Source of the DNA: a candidate division WOR-3 bacterium
GTDB taxonomy: Bacteria; Hydrothermota; Tepidihabitantia; Tepidihabitantales; Tepidihabitantaceae
Length of the DNA stretch: 18,501 nucleotides
Assembly (NCBI GenBank): GCA_030612625.1
Contig: JAUWNN010000029.1
Span: 1 to 18,501, forward strand
Direction: 5' to 3'
Numbering within the stretch: the first letter of the stretch is position 1; each line of letters begins with the position of its first letter. The notes under the pieces were generated by a model. That model ran no database searches and had not been told where the DNA came from. It saw only the letters and a list, made by a program, of their open reading frames with translations. The translations under genes and the position numbers were made by a program. Positions 1-7,316 of this stretch are shown piece after piece.

Positions 1-438
1 GACCGAGCAACGAATTGGCCACGAAATCACGAAAGGCACGAAACAGGAATGACAGCGGAAAACATCTTCGCGAAAACGACGATCTTGTACCTTTGTAGTA
101 CAGAGATGGAGCAGAAACCGAAAGTGCTGTTCGACAGCACAAGGCGCAGGTGCCATCCGATGGCTCAATAGCAACTTACAGTCTGAAGAGATTCGGGGCG
201 GCACGCGCCGCCGTCGGTAGGAGAACTCTTGTCCAAGCACCTGTGCCGGAAAACGGCCAGCGTTACCGTTACCTGAAGATTGACGGGAACAATGCTTCTG
301 GTAAACTTCCTGGAATGATGAAGAGCAGCCCCAGGCCGTGCAAAGGAATACGCGACATGAATGTCGCATATCAACGGGTTGGGTTGAGTTTCTTTATTAT
401 CTTTCAAGGATACGAATGGTCTGGATAATGAATCAAGA

Positions 439-1929
439 ATGAGAATACTCCTTATTTATCCTCAGTACCCAGACACCTTCTGGGGTTTCAAGCATGCCCT
501 GAAATTCGTCTTCAAGAAGGCAGCCAGCCCGCCCCTGGGGTTATTGACCGTCGCGGCGATGCTTCCGAAAGAGTGGGAGAAAAAACTGGTAGACATGAAT
601 GTAGCCACACTGACGGACAAGGACCTTGAATGGGCTGACTTCGCTTTTATCAGTGCTATGTCTGTCCAAAAGGCGTCGGTGAAAAAAGTGATCAGCAGGT
701 GCAAAAGGACCGGCGTCAAAATTGTGGCCGGCGGCCCCCTTTTCACGACCGGATATGACGAATTCAAAGGTGTGGACCATTTTGTGCTCAATGAAGCTGA
801 AATCACACTGCCCCCATTCCTGGAAGATTTGAGAAACGGTCATCCCAAGCATGTTTACACATCCGGCAAATGGGCTGATATAACGAGGACGCCGGTCCCA
901 CTCTGGGAACTTGCCGGCATGAAAAACTATGCTACGATGAGTATTCAGTATTCAAGGGGTTGTCCTTTCAATTGCGAATTCTGTGATATCGGGGTGCTTT
1001 ACGGTCATAAGGTGCGAACAAAGAACAAAGACCAAATATTAGTCGAACTTGAAAGCCTGTACCTCCAGGGTTGGAGAGATGGGGTATTCTTTGTCGATGA
1101 CAACTTCATAGGAAACAGGAGAAAGCTGAAAACGGAAATTCTGCCCGCCATAATCGAATGGTCGAAGAAGAAAAAATACCCGTTTTCCTTCAATACCGAG
1201 ACATCTATCGACCTCGCCGACGACGAGGAACTCATGCAGTTGATGACAAAGGCAGGGTTTGCTACGGTATTCGTCGGCATTGAAACCCCGAACGAAGACA
1301 GTCTGGCCGAATGCAATAAGCTCCAGAACAAGAACCGCGACCTGGCCGCTTCGGTCAGAAAGATACAAAAGTTCGGTTTGCAGGTGCAGGGAGGATTTAT
1401 TGTCGGGTTTGACAGCGACCCGGTCACCATTTTTGAAAGGCAGATCAGGTTCATCCAAAAGACCGGAATCGTTACTGCAATGGTTGGGCTTCTAAATGCT
1501 CCTCGGGGCACGAGGCTTCACCATCGTCTTGAAAAAGAGAATAGACTGCTGAAGGATATTTCTGGCGACAATACAGACTGCTCGATCAACTTCATTCCCA
1601 AAATGGACTACAACACGCTTATCAACGGCTACAAGAAAATTCTTTCTACGATTTATTCTCCCGGCTATTATTATGAACGGGTCAGGAAGTTTCTGAAGGG
1701 ATATAAGCCCCCCAAAAAGAGGGCGTCCCGATTCCATTTCAGCCAATTCGGCACATTTTCCAAAACTAACCTATATTTGGGCATAATCGGAAAGGAAAGG
1801 TTTCATTACTGGAAACTCTTTTTCTGGTCCTTGTTCAGGCGTCCGCGACTTCTCCCACTGGCAATAACCTTTGCAATATACGGATTCCATTTTCGGAAAA
1901 CCGTTGAGCAATACCTGCTGGATATCTAA
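439..1929 (+). CDS. B12-binding domain radical SAM protein (class B rSAM, DUF4070-type)
   Basis: 496-aa ORF. N-terminus MRILLIYPQYPDTFWGFK and LGLLTVAAMLP / VKIVAGGP resemble a cobalamin-binding domain. Canonical radical-SAM cluster motif CxxxCxxC (CPFNCEFC). GC about 46% versus about 60% for the rest of the window. Confidence 0.85.
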   Translation: MRILLIYPQYPDTFWGFKHALKFVFKKAASPPLGLLTVAAMLPKEWEKKLVDMNVATLTDKDLEWADFAFISAMSVQKASVKKVISRCKRTGVKIVAGGPLFTTGYDEFKGVDHFVLNEAEITLPPFLEDLRNGHPKHVYTSGKWADITRTPVPLWELAGMKNYATMSIQYSRGCPFNCEFCDIGVLYGHKVRTKNKDQILVELESLYLQGWRDGVFFVDDNFIGNRRKLKTEILPAIIEWSKKKKYPFSFNTETSIDLADDEELMQLMTKAGFATVFVGIETPNEDSLAECNKLQNKNRDLAASVRKIQKFGLQVQGGFIVGFDSDPVTIFERQIRFIQKTGIVTAMVGLLNAPRGTRLHHRLEKENRLLKDISGDNTDCSINFIPKMDYNTLINGYKKILSTIYSPGYYYERVRKFLKGYKPPKKRASRFHFSQFGTFSKTNLYLGIIGKERFHYWKLFFWSLFRRPRLLPLAITFAIYGFHFRKTVEQYLLDI

Positions 1930-2460
1930 GAAAAACCTAGTCCTGCTGCCCGACTATCGCCGGCCCGAGATGCAGGGCCGATACCCGTTCCTCGGGCCGG
2001 AATGCTCGGAGCCGGCGGCCAAGTAGCCATAAAGTCTCTGATGTGAATCGAGGGCGGCCGCAAGGCCGCCTTCGCTCTCGGGCAAGAGAGGGTGGGCGGT
2101 CAGCGGCAGGCGGTCAACTGAAGCGGCCTCGAGCCGGTGCCGGAGATGCCGGAGGCGATCAGCGGCTCCCGCCGTTCAGTCTTCAGGATTGCCCCGCTCG
2201 CGCTGTGAGCTGTTGACGGTGAACTGTCAGTGGATTGCGGCGCGCGGAGATAGGTATTGTGTCCCCCTATCTCTCAGGTTCTTCGACGGCCTGGCTGAGG
2301 TGTTCATCGGTTGCCGCATTCGCATCCTGCCCGGGCTGTGGGAAGGTAGGCAGGTGGCCCACCTTGAAGGCGGGCACAGCGGCTACATCAACCGGTCAGG
2401 AAAGATGGTCTGGGAGCCGAGGGAGTAGCAAACCCGGACAGAACCCAACTTGGCTTGCCC

Positions 2461-3351
2461 TCACTGGCCATCGAGTTCGGCACGCAGCGAATCAACGACT
2501 GCGCCGAAGCCTCCACGGTAGCCACCTGAAGTCGGGTGGCTGGCCTTGATGAAGGCTATCACATCTCCGTCCTCTTCGTGTCTGAAGTGGACGATTGAAC
2601 CGTCAAGCCTTGGCATGCTCTGCGGGTCAAAGTTGATGGTCCATTCGTCATTGGTCCAAGGGTGGATGTGTCTTCCGGGGACGCCGCGAGCGGCCCGGTA
2701 GATCCAGTTCGTCCAAGGCCAGCCGAAGCATACCACGGCTCTCGGTCTGAAAAGCGTTACCAGCTCAAAGGACTTGCGACCGCAGTTGTCCAGTTCAGCC
2801 GCGCTTGGCATACCGGTGCGAGGTGGCGTTTTGCAGTGAGAAGCGTTCAGCGCAACGACGCTGCCAAGGTAACCTTGCTCGCATGCGTGAGCGAACCCTG
2901 GATGATTCGGAACCACATGCACGTTATTTCCCAGAAGGTCTCGCCGGTCGCCTGCGGCCAGTAGGATGCCCAGAGCAGCTCCGGTGACGCTGTCTTCGTA
3001 CCAGCCAGCTTCTATCTTGTCGACTCCGGGTTCAGCTTCGTGGTCATACCAATGAAGGTGACGGTTTGCGTATGTTGCATCGTCTGGGTCCTCGCCAACG
3101 TGCCAGCAACCTGCGTCATGCAGACCCCCGAGACCTGGGTTGATGCCGACGAAGAATATATCCTTCCGGCCTCCCGCTGGCGAGTGTGGTTCGCCGTAGA
3201 TGGCCTCGGGAATGTACTCTGGCAGATCTAGTCTGAGGTGCTGTCGCTGGCGCATTAGCGCCCTGCACTCTCCGCCGACCCAGCAAGGGCACTCTCGTCG
3301 GAACCAGCGGTACAGGACCTTCTCTTCGTGCGTCAGGTCGTCCCAGTTCAC
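2461..3351 (-). CDS. uracil-DNA glycosylase superfamily protein, MUG/TDG-like (GINPGL motif), Cys-rich N-terminus
   Basis: 296-aa ORF with GTG start. Preceded by AGGAGG plus a 5-nt spacer (rc of 3353-3360). Motif A FFVGINPGLGG matches the family-2 UDG GINPGL signature. A later VVPNHPG resembles the motif-B HPS/NPSG region. Several Cys (CPCWVGGEC...) may form a metal or Fe-S site. Assignment rests on motifs only. Confidence 0.5.
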   Translation of the reverse strand: MNWDDLTHEEKVLYRWFRRECPCWVGGECRALMRQRQHLRLDLPEYIPEAIYGEPHSPAGGRKDIFFVGINPGLGGLHDAGCWHVGEDPDDATYANRHLHWYDHEAEPGVDKIEAGWYEDSVTGAALGILLAAGDRRDLLGNNVHVVPNHPGFAHACEQGYLGSVVALNASHCKTPPRTGMPSAAELDNCGRKSFELVTLFRPRAVVCFGWPWTNWIYRAARGVPGRHIHPWTNDEWTINFDPQSMPRLDGSIVHFRHEEDGDVIAFIKASHPTSGGYRGGFGAVVDSLRAELDGQ

Positions 3352-3441
3352 CGATACCTCCTTTGGTATAGATGCACGGCCGAGTATCGCTCAGGCAGGG
3401 GCGGAGTCAATAGGCTCAACGCGCTACGGGTTGTCCGTTGG

Positions 3442-4689
3442 TTACAGCGCGTGGGGACTGCCGTCTTCGAGCAGCACGGTCTGGCCGAACGCCTCGGCGA
3501 AGGCCTGGGGGTGCTCGGTGTGGATTGGGAATAGCTGGGCGGGTTTCAGCGTGCCGATGACCCGCTTGAGCAGGCCGAACGGCGCGTGGCCCGAGACGTG
3601 CCGGATTTCGAACTCGACGCTCTCACGCCCGCACCAGCCCTTCAAGCTCTTGAGATGGCGGTCGAGGTACCCGGGCCACATCGAGTAAATGAGCCGGGCG
3701 TCGTGCAACAGCCCGTGCTTCTTGATTTCGGCCTGCATGTTGGGCCGGAACAGCATTACCGATTTCCCTCGGCCCGTGCGCAGGGCTTCCTCGTAGATGC
3801 GTCGGCCGTAGTACGGGCCGGCGAGGGCAGCGTTGCCCGCATCACACAGCCTTGAGCGCATCCCCCAGGGAAGGTAGATGCGAAGGTCACTTCTCCTTGG
3901 GCTGGGCAGCTTCTTGCGGCCAGCCTGCCGGAGAGCCCGCAGTAGTTCCGCGGTATACAGGTCAATGACCATCGTTCGTCCGGCCCGCTTGGTCGCCTTG
4001 TAGAACGTCACGAACCGGTCGATGTTCTGGGCAGCGTAGAACGCGAGGACCAGCCCGGTTGCGCTGCGGATGCGCTCGACCAGCTCGTTCTCAAGCTGCT
4101 TCTCGGTCTTCGCGGGATGGTCGGCATCTGACCTGCCGGCGGTCGTGCCCTCGATGACCAGGGCTTCCAGCGGTCTCGGGCAGTCCCTGAGCAGGCGAGG
4201 CAGAGCTCCGGGCTTGCGGCCGTGGTCGCGCAGGTCGCCGGTATAGAGCAGGCGCTTGCCGCCGCATTCGACGAGCAGGGCGTGGGCGTCGTAGGCCGAG
4301 TGGTCGACGAGGAAGGGTGTGATGCGGAACGGGCCGACTTTGAAGAGCTGGTAGCTTTCGTAGGGCACGGCCTGCTTAGGCACGCGAACGGGCATGAACG
4401 GTTCGGCTGCCTTGAGCATCAGGAGTGACTCGCGGCCAAGGAAGACCGGGACGGTGTCGGCCAAGTGGTTCCACAGCCCGTAATGGTCAGCGTGGGAGTG
4501 GGAAACGACTACCCCGAGCAACTCACCGGCTTTCGGTGTCAGGTTGAGCGAGGCGGGGAGGTTCGGCTGCTCGCCCTTCCTCAGGTCCAACGGCGCACCA
4601 ATGTCGAGCAGGATGCGTTGATCGCCAGTGGCTAACTCAACGCAGTTGCCACCGACCTGCCGCGCGCCGCGGTGGATGGTGAGGCGCAT
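3442..4689 (-). CDS. beta-CASP family MBL-fold nuclease (RNase J / TTHA0252 / Artemis-like)
   Basis: HxHxDH motif SHSHADHYG. N-terminus MRLTIHRGARQVGGNCVELATGDQRILLDIG matches the beta-CASP N-terminal pattern (M.I...GGAREVGGS...LLDCG). The longest ORF starts at 4719 (MASRKGLGSR-), so the start could be 4719 or 4689. TAA stop at 3442-3444. Confidence 0.75.
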   Translation of the reverse strand: MRLTIHRGARQVGGNCVELATGDQRILLDIGAPLDLRKGEQPNLPASLNLTPKAGELLGVVVSHSHADHYGLWNHLADTVPVFLGRESLLMLKAAEPFMPVRVPKQAVPYESYQLFKVGPFRITPFLVDHSAYDAHALLVECGGKRLLYTGDLRDHGRKPGALPRLLRDCPRPLEALVIEGTTAGRSDADHPAKTEKQLENELVERIRSATGLVLAFYAAQNIDRFVTFYKATKRAGRTMVIDLYTAELLRALRQAGRKKLPSPRRSDLRIYLPWGMRSRLCDAGNAALAGPYYGRRIYEEALRTGRGKSVMLFRPNMQAEIKKHGLLHDARLIYSMWPGYLDRHLKSLKGWCGRESVEFEIRHVSGHAPFGLLKRVIGTLKPAQLFPIHTEHPQAFAEAFGQTVLLEDGSPHAL

Positions 4690-4697
4690 CCGGCTGC

Positions 4698-5612
4698 CTA
4701 AGCCCTTCCGCGAAGCCATTTGTCTCTGAGTGTGCTGGGTTTGATTCCTGCCGGGTCCTTTATCATCGGCGTCAGGCGGCCGGACATCTCGCTGCCGTAG
4801 CGGACCATCATCTCGTTGATGTGCCGCTTCACCTTCAGTTCGGCTCCTCTGCTACCGTACTCGAACACGAAGAGTCCGACGCGCCTGTCAATTGCTGTTG
4901 GTTCAGGGAGGCTTTGGCCAAACAGCGAGTTCATGGTGCGAACGTATTTGCCATACTGAGAGAGTATCCGACGGTAGTTCTTGTCGAGTTGGCTGTCATA
5001 GCGCTGCAACTGCCATATCACGCCGTGCGGTTTCGCATCGAATGCTCTCAGTCGTGGGTCATCCCAGCGCTTTGCCTCGAAGAAGGTCAGTCTCTGGTTT
5101 CGCTTGTCGAGAAGGACGAAGTCAATGGCGTCCCGTGAGGCAGCCCTGTCGCTGAAGGTCACCTCGATGTCCAGAACGACAACATCGCTCTCGATGTCGC
5201 TGGCGTGGGAGTATGTCCACATGGCCGAGAGACCGCCACGCTCGCGTGTTCTGTGGAGATCAACGTTACCCTTTATGGCCTCGTATCCATCAACGAAGCT
5301 CTCGAATGGCTCTATCGTGCCCATCTTCTTTTCTGTGACGTAGTCAGGGTCACGAGGTTGCCTCTTGGCTGCGAAAGCGAACTTCACGTTGGTCAGGAAT
5401 TCCCCGCTAGGCAGGTAGCCGAACAACTTCTGGCCAGCGTAGTAGAAACTCACCTGGGATCCTCTGCCTCTTATCGTTGGTAGCACAACGCCCCGCTTGA
5501 TGTCACCCAGCAGACGGTCTTCGAATAGCGGCTCCCTCTTCAGGGTTTCGACTTGCCCATCCGCCAACTCCCGGCTGAATGTCGGCGTCGATCTTCCCTT
5601 CGACGTACCCAC
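4698..5612 (-). CDS. PD-(D/E)xK-like nuclease-fold hypothetical protein
   Basis: 304 aa, from GTG at 5612-5610 to TAG at 4700-4698. The GTG overlaps the upstream TAG stop by 1 nt (TAGTG). Preceded by AAGGAG 7 nt upstream. Candidate catalytic core VLLD-x11-FFEAK (hhhD...ExK). The 597-aa ORF in the track (4698..6491) is this gene fused to an out-of-frame Arg-rich shadow of the upstream gene. Confidence 0.6.
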   Translation of the reverse strand: MGTSKGRSTPTFSRELADGQVETLKREPLFEDRLLGDIKRGVVLPTIRGRGSQVSFYYAGQKLFGYLPSGEFLTNVKFAFAAKRQPRDPDYVTEKKMGTIEPFESFVDGYEAIKGNVDLHRTRERGGLSAMWTYSHASDIESDVVVLDIEVTFSDRAASRDAIDFVLLDKRNQRLTFFEAKRWDDPRLRAFDAKPHGVIWQLQRYDSQLDKNYRRILSQYGKYVRTMNSLFGQSLPEPTAIDRRVGLFVFEYGSRGAELKVKRHINEMMVRYGSEMSGRLTPMIKDPAGIKPSTLRDKWLRGRA

Positions 5613-7027
5613 TAGCAACTCCTTTCGTCTACAACCCCGCCCAGCCATCCCATCACCGCCCAGGTGGCTTCGAGGTCTTCTCGGTTGTAGAGCATTATCT
5701 TGTCCATTGTCTCCTTCCTCAAGTCTTCGTCCTCGGTTTCGACCGCCTTGATGTACTCGGCCATTGACCATGCGCCGTTGGATTCGGGCAGGGTGCGCTG
5801 ATACCCTGCGCGCTTCTCGACCAGCTTGATGCTGTAGCTCGGGTCCGGCAGGACCACCGCTTTCTTTGTGATAGGCAGCAGGTCGCAGAGGTTCTTGAGT
5901 ACACGCACGCCGACGCCGGCCGGGTCGCCGAACCGCTCGATGTACTTCCTGACGTGGGTCTTCTCGTACGGCGCCCAGTGCACGAACGGGATGTCGCCGA
6001 GGCAGGCGAAGATCCCGGCCGCGTTGTCGAGGAACTGCATCCAACCGTTCCTGTCGCCATCCGCCCCGAAGTCCGCGACGGCCTGGAGGCAGGGCTTCGG
6101 GTTCACGCCAAAGACCTGCGTGCCCCAGAGGTATATCTTCTCGGTCTCGTTCAACTGCGGCGGGAGGCCTTCGAGGTCGAACATCACGTAGTTGTCGCTG
6201 GCCGGGATTCCGGGCCGCGACAGCACGATGACTTCGCCGGTCGTGAAGGCGCGGGCGTGGTTGAGTATCGAGGTCGCCTTTGACCCGACCCTCTGCATGC
6301 GCGTCCCAACCGGCCGCTTCAGTTCGCTCAGGGCGTCCTTCGTGAACCGTGATGGAAGGTCCCGGTAGCTCCCAATGCCCATCTCGCGGAATGCGCTTGC
6401 GGTTCCCTGGTCCACATCGGGCAGCACCGCCGGGTCCTCGGATGCTACGGCCTTGAGCCAGCAGTGGTCCCAGTAGGCGCAACCGCCGCACTTGGACCAG
6501 CCGACCGGGATGTAGTCGGACAGGCCGTTGTCGAGGACCGCCTGCATGCGTTCGAGGGTCGCCAGTGCCTGGCGACCCTGGTCGTAGGGCAGCGGTACGA
6601 TATCACCGGTTCCGGCCACTACTTCGATTCCGGCCGGCGGATGGCCGAAGGTGGATTCGTACAACCAGCCGTACAAGTCCAACTGCTCGAGGATCTCCTC
6701 GTGCTCGCTGACGCGCCGCGCCACCTTGCAGTCACGCACGCGGTAGCCGTCGCCGTAGCGTACAAGGAAATCGGGCACGCCGACGATGGTCACGTCCGGG
6801 GAAAACGGGGCATTTGCGGTCAGGAGCGGCTGGTACAGAACCGGCGTGCTACTACGCACTGCGTCCCGGGTTGCTTCGCTCCGTTCCTGGAACGGGACCC
6901 TGGAAAGGTCGGTTACGTCCGTGAGTGTCGCAAGGTAGGCGGCCTCGTGCCTGTTGCCGAGTGCCTTGAGTACCTGGTCAAATGCACCGGGCTCGGCTTC
7001 TGCGAGCCCCAGCCGTCTGCAGTCCAC
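5612..7027 (-). CDS. TM0106-family putative RecB/Cas4-like nuclease (PD-(D/E)xK + Fe-S Cys + C-terminal RNase H-like domain)
   Basis: 471 aa, GTG start. N-terminal Cys (MDC...) plus a C-x2-C-x5-C cluster (CGGCAYWDHC) as in Cas4. PDFL...RDCK...EQLDLY (D, DxK, QxxxY) RecB-family motifs. C-terminal VMFDLEG...YNREDLE consistent with an RNase H-like exonuclease fold. Overall architecture matches the TM0106 family (TIGR03491) from memory. Confidence 0.75.
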   Translation of the reverse strand: MDCRRLGLAEAEPGAFDQVLKALGNRHEAAYLATLTDVTDLSRVPFQERSEATRDAVRSSTPVLYQPLLTANAPFSPDVTIVGVPDFLVRYGDGYRVRDCKVARRVSEHEEILEQLDLYGWLYESTFGHPPAGIEVVAGTGDIVPLPYDQGRQALATLERMQAVLDNGLSDYIPVGWSKCGGCAYWDHCWLKAVASEDPAVLPDVDQGTASAFREMGIGSYRDLPSRFTKDALSELKRPVGTRMQRVGSKATSILNHARAFTTGEVIVLSRPGIPASDNYVMFDLEGLPPQLNETEKIYLWGTQVFGVNPKPCLQAVADFGADGDRNGWMQFLDNAAGIFACLGDIPFVHWAPYEKTHVRKYIERFGDPAGVGVRVLKNLCDLLPITKKAVVLPDPSYSIKLVEKRAGYQRTLPESNGAWSMAEYIKAVETEDEDLRKETMDKIMLYNREDLEATWAVMGWLGGVVDERSC

Positions 7028-7102
7028 CCGACGGATGCACTCGCTGGGGTTGTAGTAGAAGGCCAGGTCAGAGGCCGAAAGCTGTTTTATGCAGTTTTCC
7101 GT

Positions 7103-7153
7103 CTAGCGGTTCACGTTCAGCAGCGGGGTCAGCTTCTGGTCGAAGGGCATCAT
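7103..7153. repeat. R1: direct repeat copy of the SPFH gene 3-prime end (pseudo-terminus ending TAG)
   Basis: Minus-sense ATGATGCCCTTCGACCAGAAGCTGACCCCGCTGCTGAACGTGAACCGCTAG encodes MMPFDQKLTPLLNVNR*. One mismatch to R2 over the 45-nt core. 34/36 identity to the authentic gene end R3. Confidence 0.9.
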
Positions 7154-7252
7154 TGGCATCGGTAACGCTAACCGCTTTTCTCGGCATGGGTGCTTGGGCA
7201 ACACCAGTGGTTTTCCAACAGCCGAGGGCGGATTTTCCTTCACCATGCCTTA

Positions 7253-7280
7253 TTCCTACCCGAATCCGGGTGAGTGTCAA
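7253..7280 (-). promoter_or_regulatory. M1 promoter module: TTGACA-N16-TAGGAA(T), 6 nt upstream of a 47-aa ORF that ends in R1
   Basis: Minus-sense gcTTGACActcacccggattcgggTAGGAAtaaggcATG. The spacer carries CCCGG/CCGGG half-sites. Homologous to M2 and M3. Confidence 0.5.
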
Positions 7281-7316
7281 GCGGGGCAGCTTGAACCGGG
7301 AGTACGCCGTTGGCGG

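Noticed and set aside
150-428. 92-aa ORF upstream of the radical SAM gene as a possible RiPP precursor
   Set aside because: No leader/core architecture, no Cys/Ser/Thr-rich core, and GC composition differs from the rSAM gene. There is also an equally long antisense ORF (165-407). Left uncalled.
300-438. Cobalamin riboswitch or sigma70 promoter upstream of the rSAM gene
   Set aside because: No B12-box-like consensus was seen. Candidate -35/-10 pairs had wrong spacing.
4698-6491. 597-aa ORF in the track
   Set aside because: Only the C-terminal 304 codons look protein-like. The N-terminal two-thirds is an Arg/Pro/Gly-rich out-of-frame shadow of the TM0106 nuclease gene (5612-7027). A GTG with an AAGGAG RBS at 5612 gives the real gene, 4698..5612.
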